A stretch of DNA of 64,000 bases from Planctomycetota bacterium (lineage in GTDB: Bacteria; Planctomycetota; UBA8108; SXIK01). The translations under genes were made by a program, and so were the position numbers. The notes beneath the pieces are model-generated. The model was not told the DNA's origin and ran no database searches. It worked only from the letters and a program-made list of their open reading frames with translations. The stretch is from contig OZ244999.1 of the NCBI GenBank assembly GCA_965223265.1, forward strand, positions 8,160,001 to 8,224,000. Reading direction: 5' to 3'. Positions 20,719 through 29,728 of this stretch are shown here, piece by piece (positions within the stretch are counted from its first letter, which is position 1; each line of letters starts with the position of its first letter).

Positions 20719-22497
20719 ATGTCATACGCCGCTACGACCGTCAGCGATCTCGGAACCGAAGATCGACCGCAGCGCCCGCGAACTGGCCCCACCGCCTCCG
20801 CACCGTCGCACCGCTGGGTCGTCGGTGCGATCCTGGCGCTGGCCGCGTTCATACGCTACTGGGAGCTCGCCAGTGGGCTGCCTGCGCTCTATGTACATGA
20901 CGAGATCATCGAGGTCCACCGGGCTCTTAGCTTGGTGCGCGGCGATCTGGCGACCGACTTTGTGTCGCTACCGGGGAACAAGGGCTTCTTCTTTCTGATC
21001 CTGGCGTTCGAGTATTGGGTCGTTGGCGCGCTCAACGTTCTGGCTGGTGAATCTTCGTCGATGGCCGCCTACGTCTCGAGTGCCATGGCGGAACCCGGCC
21101 AGGCGGTGTTTATCGGGCGGGCGACTGCAGCGGCGTTCGGAATCGCGTCGGTATTCCTGATGTACGCGATCAGCAGAAAGCTGTTCGCGGACCCGGCGCT
21201 GGCTCTGATCACTGCGATGGTCTGGGCAGTGGCACCGATGCCGGCTTGGATCGCCCATTGGCTACTCGTCGAGACACCGCTGGTCACCCTTGGTCTTTGG
21301 TCGTTCTACCGGGCTCTCGTCATGCTCGAGCGACCGACCGCGACAAACTATCTCTTCGCAGCTGTCCTGGCAGCGTGCGCCGCCGCTTGCAAGGTGTACG
21401 GTGCCGGACTCGTGTTGATCCTCGGCGTTCTACATCACTGCATCAGTCGCCGGGAGGGGCGGCCATGGTGGAACACGTGTCTCGACCGTCGCATCGTCAC
21501 GGCGGCCGCTGCCTTTCTTTGCGTTTGGGCGATGCTGTCACCGCTGCTTCTTCTGCAGATAGCCGCCGCACTCGGCTTCCGTGAGTCACTCACGCGCTTC
21601 ACGCCGGCTTCTGACTTTCCACTCGAGACGCATCTGGGTTACTACCTCACGATCCTGCGCTGGAACGTCGGCAATCTGATTCTGCCGTTCGTCGGCGTCG
21701 GCTTGTGGGCCGCCATCCGTCGACGCTGCGCTCCGGTCTTGGCGATCGCCGTCTTCACAGCGACCTTCGTCGGCATCATGGGACTTTGGCGCACGAACAC
21801 ACTCGTCTACGCTCGGTACATGCTCCTGCCGTTGCCGTTCGTTTGCTTGATCGCCGTCTACGGACTCGAGGTGATCGTCGACGCTTTGAGTCGCCTCACG
21901 GCCTCACGATGGGCTGCGGTGGGACGGTTCGTCACGACGCTGGTCTTCCTATACGCCGCCGTAGGTAACGGCTTCGAGTCGCTGCTCGAATCACCTCTCT
22001 ACAGGAGGCTTCCGACTCCGGTGCAGCAGTTGGCCATGACATGGTTCGAGCGTGAAGTAGAGCCTGGGACCAAGGTACTGATCCGCGGCGAACAGGTGTG
22101 GCCTGGCCACCAGACGCTCCCACTTCGTGATTTGCGAGAGAATTATCTCGAACGCTACCGTCAGCTCGAAGCGACGCGACCGCCGGTACGCTACCGCGCG
22201 GTACTACAAGATTTGGCCGGGCAGCCGTACGCGCCACGGTACGACCTGACCGTCGTCGATCGCACCGCCGATTGGGACTCTCCCGAGCACTACCTCGCCG
22301 GCGGCATCGAGTATGTCGTCATGGACAAACGGTTCTCACAGAATCTATCGCGGCAGGCGGCGGTCAGTCGACTCGAGTTCTACGACACACTGGCGTCCTC
22401 TGCTCACTTCTCACTCGTGAAGACGTTTCACGGTCCGGATCTTCAGGGTACGCCGAAGACGATTGAAGTCTATCGTGCCAACCGAGGCGAACGATGA
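20719..22497 (+). CDS. GT-C fold glycosyltransferase (ArnT/PMT-like, GT39/GT83)
   Basis: First TM followed by a loop with the HDE acidic motif; about 11-13 TM helices; ETP, CKVYG, YARYMLLPLP motifs; soluble periplasmic C-terminal domain. Confidence 0.8.
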   Translation: MSYAATTVSDLGTEDRPQRPRTGPTASAPSHRWVVGAILALAAFIRYWELASGLPALYVHDEIIEVHRALSLVRGDLATDFVSLPGNKGFFFLILAFEYWVVGALNVLAGESSSMAAYVSSAMAEPGQAVFIGRATAAAFGIASVFLMYAISRKLFADPALALITAMVWAVAPMPAWIAHWLLVETPLVTLGLWSFYRALVMLERPTATNYLFAAVLAACAAACKVYGAGLVLILGVLHHCISRREGRPWWNTCLDRRIVTAAAAFLCVWAMLSPLLLLQIAAALGFRESLTRFTPASDFPLETHLGYYLTILRWNVGNLILPFVGVGLWAAIRRRCAPVLAIAVFTATFVGIMGLWRTNTLVYARYMLLPLPFVCLIAVYGLEVIVDALSRLTASRWAAVGRFVTTLVFLYAAVGNGFESLLESPLYRRLPTPVQQLAMTWFEREVEPGTKVLIRGEQVWPGHQTLPLRDLRENYLERYRQLEATRPPVRYRAVLQDLAGQPYAPRYDLTVVDRTADWDSPEHYLAGGIEYVVMDKRFSQNLSRQAAVSRLEFYDTLASSAHFSLVKTFHGPDLQGTPKTIEVYRANRGER

Positions 22498-23387
22498 CTT
22501 CTGTACTTGGAACGGCCGCGCCCAGCTCTCGCGCGCTGCCGCCCGCGTCGACGGCGGAGTTCTTGCTGGACGCTCATGTTCATCTCCATTCTGACGTGAA
22601 GCCGGAAGACCTGCTGGACGCCGCAGCGACCAACTTGCGACGCCTCGCGTCGAGAAACATCGACGATCTCGATCGCACCGCGTTGTGTTTGGCGTTGACC
22701 GAAACGCACGGCGCACATCGTTACACCGAACTGGCGCAACGCGTCGGCGAGCGGGTGGGTGAGTGGAGAATCGAATCTACCGGTGAGGATTTCTCGCTGC
22801 GACTGTGCGGCCCACACGGGGTGGCAGTCGTCCTGTTGGCGGGACGGCAGCTGGCAACGCGAGAAGGTCTTGAGCTCCACGCGCTCGGCATCTCACCCGA
22901 GATGGCCGCTCAACTGCCCTGTGACGGGACTGTTGACGCAGCGCTGCGCGACGTCATTGCTTGCGGTGCGACTCCGGTTTTACCCTGGGGCTTCGGTAAA
23001 TGGACCTTGCGGCGGTCCGCGCGGATCGTGCGGCTGCTGCAGTCCCACGTTGACCGTCTCTACGTCTCCGACAGCGCGCTGCGTCCGCGTGGTCGAAGCT
23101 GCGGCAAACACTTGGCGCTGGCGCGACGGCTTGGAATTCCGGTGCTCGCCGGTACCGATCCTTTGCCACTACCGGGAGAGTTTCAGCGTGCCGGCACCTA
23201 TGCGTGCTGGCTTGCCGGCGACGCCGGCGAGCAGCCGCCGGGAGCAGCCATCAAGAGTCTTCTCGCGCATCGCTCACAGCCGCGCATCGTCGGGGTACGC
23301 TGTGGCCGCATCGCGGCGTGGAGTCGAGCGCTGCAGATGCAGATAGCGAAGCGGCGCCGCGGTCGGGTGTCTAACCCGGTTACGTGA
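22494..23387 (+). CDS. Hypothetical protein, PHP/metallo-hydrolase-like
   Basis: DAHVHLH, LTE, GRQ..T.EGLE, PWGFGKW, GTDPLP resemble a degenerate PHP-fold metal-binding set; ATGA-coupled to the GT-C gene. Confidence 0.65.
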   Translation: MTSVLGTAAPSSRALPPASTAEFLLDAHVHLHSDVKPEDLLDAAATNLRRLASRNIDDLDRTALCLALTETHGAHRYTELAQRVGERVGEWRIESTGEDFSLRLCGPHGVAVVLLAGRQLATREGLELHALGISPEMAAQLPCDGTVDAALRDVIACGATPVLPWGFGKWTLRRSARIVRLLQSHVDRLYVSDSALRPRGRSCGKHLALARRLGIPVLAGTDPLPLPGEFQRAGTYACWLAGDAGEQPPGAAIKSLLAHRSQPRIVGVRCGRIAAWSRALQMQIAKRRRGRVSNPVT

Positions 23388-23506
23388 GCACCCACCGGTG
23401 ACAAGAACACCCTTGGCGGCTGAAGCGGAGGAGGAAGGCGCAGTGCGGCGCTACTCGGAGGCAGCGCGCCACTGACCTGGGGGTTACTCCTCGGTCGTCG
23501 GTTCGA

Positions 23507-24709
23507 TCAGCCTCGCGTCAGTTCCCTCGTGGGCGCTGCGGCTTCGTCGTTGAGCCCGGCAAGAAACTCGCCTAGCGCGCTCCGATAGTTTTCCAGGCTG
23601 TAGCGCTCGGCGACCAGAGCGCGGGCGGCTTCTCCGAGGCCGCGGCGAAGATTCTCGTCTCGACTCAATCGCCGCATGGCTTCCGAGAAGGGCATCGGCT
23701 CTGGTGCGGCCAAGAGTGCCACGCGCGAATCAAGGACTTGAGTGTGCGTCGGCAGATCCGTGGCCAGAACAGGGACACCGCTGCTCAAGTAGGAGTAGAG
23801 CTTCATGGGCGTGTTGTTACCCTTGGTGCGCGGCGACACGAGGACATCCGCTTGACACAGGTAATGCATCAGTGCTGCGACCGGTCTTGGACCGAGGAAG
23901 TGGACGCATTCGATCAGCTGTAGTTGAGTGCATCGCGTCGTGTAGTGCTCGATGTCATGTGGGGTGCCGCCGATCACGACGAGATGAGCGTCGAGTTCGT
24001 CGGCCCTGGCGAGGGCGAAGCTCTCCAACAGCAGGTCGATGCCTTGGTAGGCTTCGAGATTGCCGACGTAGAGAAACAGCTCTCCGGTCGTCTTCAGCGT
24101 CGCGCGGATGTCTTCGTTGTCCGTGTCTGCGCCTTCCCCCGACTCCGCTGGTGGCGTCAACGGCACGTCGCGCAGAATCGTCGTCTTCGCAGCACCGCAG
24201 CTTCGAGCTAGTTCCTCCAGCGCGTCGCAGACCGCGACGATGCCCCGCGCATTCTTGATCGCGCTGGCTTCGATCCGTTGCAGGAGTGGCCTCATGAGAC
24301 GAAATGCTCGTGTGCGCTCTTCGAGTTGCTGCGCAATCGACGAGTCCATGTCGTAGACGTACGGTACGCCCCGGAGTGCGGTGACGAGGCGTGCCATGAA
24401 AGCGGACTCCTCGACCGCCCAGATGAGGTCGTGCCGCCGCCGCCAAGTTCGCCGCCACACAGCGGCAAAGAAGAACATGTCGCAGACGATCTTTTTCCAC
24501 GAGAACCCGGGCCGAACGTTGCGTATCCAGCCAGCGCCGCGAATGCGTTCGATCGTTACGCCGGGGTAGCTCACGTCTTGCCCTTCATGAAACGTCAGTA
24601 CGTCGACGTCATGACCGAACTCGGACAGCGTCCGCAGAAGAAGGTCGACCGCGAGGGGGGTGCCGCGCTCCTGCAGGAAGGGGTGAGGTGCGAGGAGGAG
24701 TATCTTCAT
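23507..24709 (-). CDS. Glycosyltransferase family 4 (GT-B)
   Basis: MKILLLAPHPF..RGTP, YVGNLEAYQGIDLL, ADVLVSPR, PMKLYSYLSSGVPVLATD; ATGA overlap with the upstream oxidoreductase. Confidence 0.92.
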   Translation of the reverse strand: MKILLLAPHPFLQERGTPLAVDLLLRTLSEFGHDVDVLTFHEGQDVSYPGVTIERIRGAGWIRNVRPGFSWKKIVCDMFFFAAVWRRTWRRRHDLIWAVEESAFMARLVTALRGVPYVYDMDSSIAQQLEERTRAFRLMRPLLQRIEASAIKNARGIVAVCDALEELARSCGAAKTTILRDVPLTPPAESGEGADTDNEDIRATLKTTGELFLYVGNLEAYQGIDLLLESFALARADELDAHLVVIGGTPHDIEHYTTRCTQLQLIECVHFLGPRPVAALMHYLCQADVLVSPRTKGNNTPMKLYSYLSSGVPVLATDLPTHTQVLDSRVALLAAPEPMPFSEAMRRLSRDENLRRGLGEAARALVAERYSLENYRSALGEFLAGLNDEAAAPTRELTRG

Positions 24710-26427
24710 CGCTTCTCCCACTGAGTTGACGTCCGGACTGCGGAGACTGCATCGATGTTGCCAGCCTGCGGGTCGGTTCCGCTGGCGGCATCGCCGCCGC
24801 TAGGAGCCGCCTTGGTTGCGACCGGCGGTGAAAGATCGACGCATGCGTTTGGGCGTCCGTCAACGACATCAGCGCACGCGTCGGAGACGAACTCGCGACC
24901 GAACGAGAAGGGATGCAGAGCCTCCTTCAGCGCTGCGGTCTCATACTCGCGGCGCTTCGAGGACCAACCGAGAGCCGCGCCAAGCCGTGAGGCAGCGTCA
25001 AGAACGCGGTCGTCCTCGTGCCACGCGGTACGACGCAGCACGAGGTCGGTGAGGTGGATGACGGACTCCGCGGAGGCGAGAGCTCGCACGCGCTTTAAGA
25101 TCGTCGGCGAGCTTAGGGCTTCGCCGAGATCAGGCCAGAGATTCGGTGCGGGGCGCAGACAACTGAGGCGCGCGACGCGGCAGCCACGCTGGCGACCGAA
25201 GGCGCGGTCTAGTGCCCGGCTTGCCACGCGGCGGGCGGTCGTGAGTTTCACCCCTGAGATGCTAAAGAGTCCTGCTGGGCCGTGGGCAGCTCCGTGGTCG
25301 ACGATGACCGGACGGCGTGACGGACGACCGCTGCCTTCCGCCGACGCCGGAAGGAATCCCGCCATGACGCGCGCGACGTCGTCCAGGCACGCGTTGAGAC
25401 TCGGTACGGCATGATTGAGCGCATTCACGAAGCGCTCGACGTCGGCGCGTTCGATACGCCGCGCGTCCAGCGACCCCGTCCACGGCAAGTGGCATGTGCC
25501 GGCCAGAAGTCGTCCACGCCACGGCACGAGGAAGTAGGTCGGCGCGCCGCGTTCCCTTGAACGTACAGCGAGTGCTGACGGACTCGGGGCGCGGCGGTTG
25601 AGCAGAACGTTGAAGGCTAGCGACGGTCGGAAGAGCGCCGGGACATCCCGATCGCAGCGAGCCCCGAACTGGCGGCACCACGGTCCGGCGCAGTTGAACA
25701 CCGTCTGGCTTTCGAGGCGCAAATCGGCTCCTACGGCGCGATCGCGAGCGAGGACGCCGACCGTACGGCCGCGGTGAATGAGAAGTTCGCGGACTTCGGT
25801 GTAATTCGCCGCGTCGCTGCCGAGGCTCCGTGCCCAGCGCAAGATTTCGATCACCAGTCTCTCCGGGCTAGTGATCACGCCGTCGTACCACAGGGCACCG
25901 CCCCTCAGGCCTGCGCGGGGCAATGCGTCGCATCGCGCGATGGTCTCGGCAGGCGATAACACCCCGCCGCGCGGCAGGATGCTTCCGAAGGCGCTGCCGG
26001 CAGTCAGAGCCGATGGACCGACCGACGACAGGAACTCGTTTGCCATCAACGCGAGGCGAACGATCGCCGGGTGACGGATCGAGTCGCGGTAAAGTGGCAT
26101 GAGACACTGGAGGGGCTCGATGCAATCGGGAAATGTGTCAAGGAACCAGGCACGCTCAATCGCCGAGACGCGTGATCGTCGCAGGTCGGCTTGCTGCAGG
26201 TACCGGAGTCCGCCGTGGACGATGCGCAGGTGGTTGGACGTCGTCGCGGCACCGAAATCGTCCCGTTCGGCAAGCAGCCCACGCAGCCCGCGGAGCGACC
26301 CTTCCAGAAGGAGCATCGCGCCGTAGATGCCACCGCCGACAACGATGAAATCGTACGGCTTCTCGCCGGCCGTTGGTGGCCGCGATGGGATCAGGCAGTG
26401 TGCACCGTCGCCTGCGCCGCTGGCCAT
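24706..26427 (-). CDS. FAD-dependent oxidoreductase, glycerol-3-phosphate dehydrogenase (GlpD/GlpA)-like
   Basis: DFIVVGGGIYG, ERDDFGAATTSNHLRIVHGGLRYLQ, NCAGPW, GVKLTTAR, LTDLVLRRT. Start at ATG 26427, just after the GT2 stop. No glpK/glpF nearby. Confidence 0.85.
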   Translation of the reverse strand: MASGAGDGAHCLIPSRPPTAGEKPYDFIVVGGGIYGAMLLLEGSLRGLRGLLAERDDFGAATTSNHLRIVHGGLRYLQQADLRRSRVSAIERAWFLDTFPDCIEPLQCLMPLYRDSIRHPAIVRLALMANEFLSSVGPSALTAGSAFGSILPRGGVLSPAETIARCDALPRAGLRGGALWYDGVITSPERLVIEILRWARSLGSDAANYTEVRELLIHRGRTVGVLARDRAVGADLRLESQTVFNCAGPWCRQFGARCDRDVPALFRPSLAFNVLLNRRAPSPSALAVRSRERGAPTYFLVPWRGRLLAGTCHLPWTGSLDARRIERADVERFVNALNHAVPSLNACLDDVARVMAGFLPASAEGSGRPSRRPVIVDHGAAHGPAGLFSISGVKLTTARRVASRALDRAFGRQRGCRVARLSCLRPAPNLWPDLGEALSSPTILKRVRALASAESVIHLTDLVLRRTAWHEDDRVLDAASRLGAALGWSSKRREYETAALKEALHPFSFGREFVSDACADVVDGRPNACVDLSPPVATKAAPSGGDAASGTDPQAGNIDAVSAVRTSTQWEKR

Positions 26428-26428
26428 G

Positions 26429-27481
26429 TCAGCGCGTGACCGTCGGCTCGTCTTGACATGGCACGCCACCCGGCTCGTGTTCGACGATCTTCTCGATGCG
26501 ATACTCCCGCAGACTGCGGGCGTGGAAGAATATGATGAGTTCGCCGAGCAGTCCGAGCGAGAAGAGCTGAATGCCGAAGACGACGAGAAGGATGGAGACG
26601 AGAAAGAGAGGTCGGTTTTCGAGAGCCTGGCCAAGAATGCGTTGAACGACGAGAACGGCGCTCAAAGTGCTGCCGACAAAGATGAAGGCGCTTCCGAGTA
26701 GTCCGAAGAAACGCAGCGGCTTCTTGGTGAACTTGGTGATGAAGAAAAGGGTCAAGAGATCGAGGAGACGGCGGAGGTAGACGCCGAGTCGGTAGTCCTG
26801 CTTCGAGATTCTTTCGTCGAGATGTCGAGTCTGGATTTCACCAACTCGAAATCCCTGCATGTGGGCAAGAACCGGCAAGAAGCGGTGCAAGTCGCCATAG
26901 ATCGCGACGTCGTCGAGCACTTGCTTTTTCATCGCCCGCAGCCCCGAATTGATGTCGTGGAGGACGACGCGCGTGATGCGGCGCGTCAACCAGTTGAAGA
27001 CTCGTGATTTGCGTGCGTACGCAGGTGGATCGACGCGCGGTTGTCGCCACGAAGCGACGTAGTCGAGCGAACCTGCCTCCAGTTCGGCGACGAGGGGGCC
27101 GATCGCCCGCGGGTCGATCTGTAAGTAGGAAGGAAGCGCGACCACCCACTTGCCGCGAGCTTCGGCACACGCTGTTGAGAGGACGCTCGATTCCGTGAAC
27201 GCCTTGTGCAGAAAAAGCATCTTCACTGCGGCGTCGCTCTCTTCGATTTCCCGGCGGAGTTCCTCCACGACTTCTTCCGACACGCCGTTGCTGACGACGA
27301 TGAACTCGAACGACCACTTCTGCTGGCATGCCGCGCGCAGATAGGCTCGAAACGTCTCGTTGAGAACGCCGTCGTTTTCAGAAAACGCCCAGATATAGGT
27401 GACCTCGACCTCTGACTCGTCGCGTGTGGGCCGACCAGCCGCTGTCGCTCTCTCAGATTCGTTTGACAGCGCGGTAGCCAT
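26429..27481 (-). CDS. GT2 ArnC/GtrB-like protein with degenerate catalytic motifs
   Basis: Aligns by eye with the adjacent GT2 (DYVASWRQPR, HDINSGLRA, YGDLHRFLP, two C-terminal TMs, GLLGEL) but has SNGVS in place of DDGS and PSYLQ in place of DGDLQ. Confidence 0.85.
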   Translation of the reverse strand: MATALSNESERATAAGRPTRDESEVEVTYIWAFSENDGVLNETFRAYLRAACQQKWSFEFIVVSNGVSEEVVEELRREIEESDAAVKMLFLHKAFTESSVLSTACAEARGKWVVALPSYLQIDPRAIGPLVAELEAGSLDYVASWRQPRVDPPAYARKSRVFNWLTRRITRVVLHDINSGLRAMKKQVLDDVAIYGDLHRFLPVLAHMQGFRVGEIQTRHLDERISKQDYRLGVYLRRLLDLLTLFFITKFTKKPLRFFGLLGSAFIFVGSTLSAVLVVQRILGQALENRPLFLVSILLVVFGIQLFSLGLLGELIIFFHARSLREYRIEKIVEHEPGGVPCQDEPTVTR

Positions 27482-28388
27482 GTCGAGCTCCGGTCTTGAC
27501 AACGAGATCCCCAAGGAGGCCCATGACGATCATGTGAAAGAAGAGATACGCCGAAAGAATGCAGAGACCCGGGTAGACGATGCCGACGTTCCCGCCGACG
27601 TGAGCGAAGCGCAAAGCGATAGCGCCCAGGGATAGGGCGGTGACGGCCAGAAAGGGCAGCGACAGCCCGCAGAACCACTGCAGGGGTTTCTCCGACGAGG
27701 CGATGAGCATCTTCACCGTCCACAGGTCCAGAATGACTTTGCCTACACGCGACAGACCGTACTTCGACTGACCGCGAGTGCGTGGATGATGCCGCACAGG
27801 CAGCTGCGCGATGCGAACACCGGCGAGTGACGACATCGCCGGAATGAATCGATGCATCTCCGAGTAGAGGTGGATTTGTTTGAAAATGGACGCGCGGTAA
27901 GCCTTCAGCGAGCAGCCGTTGTCGCGAACTCTAATCCCCGTGATGCGACCGATGACTCGATTCGCGATCATCGATGGAAGACGGCGCGTCCAGAACTTGT
28001 CCTGGCGCTGCTGACGCCAACCGGCGACAAGGTCGTAACCTTCCTCCAGCTTTTTGATGAGGCGCGGAATGTCCTGTGGGTCGTTCTGAAGGTCGCCGTC
28101 GAGAGTGGCGATGTACTTGCCACGGGCCGCATCGATTCCCGCCTGCATCGCCGGAGTTTGACCGAAGTTGCGCCGCAGTTTGATAACGCGCAGAGCAGTT
28201 TCGCAGCCCGTCTCAGATGCGAGCCGTTGAAACGTCGCATCGGTGCTGCCATCGTCAACGAAGATGATTTCGCACGTCCACTCGGTGTCGCGCAATGCGG
28301 CTGAAATGCTGCGCGCCAGCTCGATGACGTTTTCTTCTTCGTTGTAGACGGGGACGACGACCGATAAGTCCACCGGCAGATTCTCCAC
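27453..28388 (-). CDS. GT2 polyprenyl-phosphate glycosyltransferase (ArnC/GtrB/DPM synthase-like)
   Basis: SVVVPVYNEEEN, VDDGSTD, RNFGQTPAM, LDGDLQNDP, HRFIP, R..GQSKY, two C-terminal TMs. Confidence 0.94.
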   Translation of the reverse strand: MENLPVDLSVVVPVYNEEENVIELARSISAALRDTEWTCEIIFVDDGSTDATFQRLASETGCETALRVIKLRRNFGQTPAMQAGIDAARGKYIATLDGDLQNDPQDIPRLIKKLEEGYDLVAGWRQQRQDKFWTRRLPSMIANRVIGRITGIRVRDNGCSLKAYRASIFKQIHLYSEMHRFIPAMSSLAGVRIAQLPVRHHPRTRGQSKYGLSRVGKVILDLWTVKMLIASSEKPLQWFCGLSLPFLAVTALSLGAIALRFAHVGGNVGIVYPGLCILSAYLFFHMIVMGLLGDLVVKTGARHGYRAVKRI

Positions 28389-28597
28389 TCAATTGGCCCG
28401 GGTCAGCGCCGACCGTGCGCTGTGACCGCACATCTCCATTGGATGTGTATCACGGTGGAGAGAAGCCGTCGATCGAAGTGCAGTGCCGCGTTCATAGCGC
28501 GCGGATAGTGCACGTTAGCGGTCGATGAAGACCGCAATCGCGTCGTTATCAGATCGGCGGGCGACGGTGTCGGTGACAGCTGCGACTGAAGAGGCGG

Positions 28598-28924
28598 TCA
28601 GATGGGCTCGTCGCCTTCCCTCAGAGCCGTGTCGATCTCCGCGAGGACGGACTCGATCTTCTGCGGTGACACCTGTTTCGAGTTGCGGAGGATTCCTTGG
28701 ATATCCCAGAGCGTTTGCCGCAGGCGATTGGCGCGCTCGCCCGCGTGGGAGTCAACGTCTTTCAGTTGGCGCGTGAGGTCGCGGTAGCGCTGCTCAACGC
28801 TACGATACTTCGATTCCCAGTTCTGTGGATCGCGCAGTGCGAGGTACTTGCGGCTGATCACGACACCTGCGTAACAGCCGAAAGCGAAGACAACGACGAA
28901 CGGGATCAGTTTGAAGGCGAACAT
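28598..28924 (-). CDS. Small hypothetical protein (N-terminal TM helix + coiled coil)
   Basis: MFAFKLIPFVVVFAFGCYAGVVI followed by an amphipathic heptad region; coding-like composition. Confidence 0.6.
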   Translation of the reverse strand: MFAFKLIPFVVVFAFGCYAGVVISRKYLALRDPQNWESKYRSVEQRYRDLTRQLKDVDSHAGERANRLRQTLWDIQGILRNSKQVSPQKIESVLAEIDTALREGDEPI

Positions 28925-29017
28925 CGGGGCATGTTTCCAGGTCGAAGGGCGCCGCGTCAGGGCAGGCATGGCAGCTGAGCACGGCAGCAACGTCATTGTT
29001 CGGGCGGGTGCCGCGCG

Positions 29018-29175
29018 TTGAGCAGCCGGTTGAAAAAGTGTTCGAGCTCAGTAGCGGCGAACGCGTAATTTCCGAGCCCCTTCTATGAGATACACACGGC
29101 GAGGCTCGCCGCGGACGATCTGGGGGTGAAGGGGCCGGTTGCTCATCCGAACGACTGATTCAACAGGCCGCTAAA
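29018..29175. repeat. Degenerate copy of the intergenic inverted-repeat element (MITE/REPIN-like)
   Basis: Left end AGCAGCCGGTTGAAAAAGTGTTCGAGC, right end CCGAACGACTGATTCAACAGGCCGCTAA and internal CTGGGGGTGAAGGGGCCGGTT all match the 56.2-kb element. Confidence 0.7.
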
Positions 29176-29355
29176 CATCGTACTCATGGCGCCGCGTTCT
29201 GGGAAGGTCACGGGCGGCACGAACTCGCCGCTGCGGCGTGCGGTGTCCGAGCGCGCGGCTTGCCGGATGTCCTGAGTGGCTCGTCATCGCTTGAGATGCC
29301 TACGCCGCTCGGGCCGGATCGTTCGCCTCCCGTGCCGCGGCAAAAGGCGGCGCGA

Positions 29356-29544
29356 TCATTCGTCCTCGACGTTAAACTTTCGACCGTCGATTTCCACCAC
29401 GTCGCCGCCGGCCAGCCTGCGTCCACGTCGCGTCTCGACGCTGCCGTTGACCTGGACTCTTCCGGCTTGTATGGCAATCTTCGCCGCACCGCCGGTCTCG
29501 ACGGCCCCCACCAGCTTCAGGAATTGATCGAGTTTGATTTGCAT
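29356..29544 (-). CDS. S4-domain RNA-binding protein (YaaA/YbcJ family)
   Basis: MQIKLDQFLKLVGAVETGGAAKIAIQAGRVQVNGSVETRRGRRLAGGDVVEIDG. Confidence 0.93.
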   Translation of the reverse strand: MQIKLDQFLKLVGAVETGGAAKIAIQAGRVQVNGSVETRRGRRLAGGDVVEIDGRKFNVEDE

Positions 29545-29728
29545 GACGATGAAAGAAGACGGTTCGCACAAAGTGCGCCAAGTTCGCGAAGATCGAGGCG
29601 TCTGACGGAGGGCCAGAGAACTGGCGGACCCGATCTCAAAACGGCCAGGACGTGTGCGGCGCGTTGAAAGAGCGTATCGCATCTTCGACCGTTACCGCTG
29701 CCGAAGAAAGCTGCAGTCAACAGCCCCT

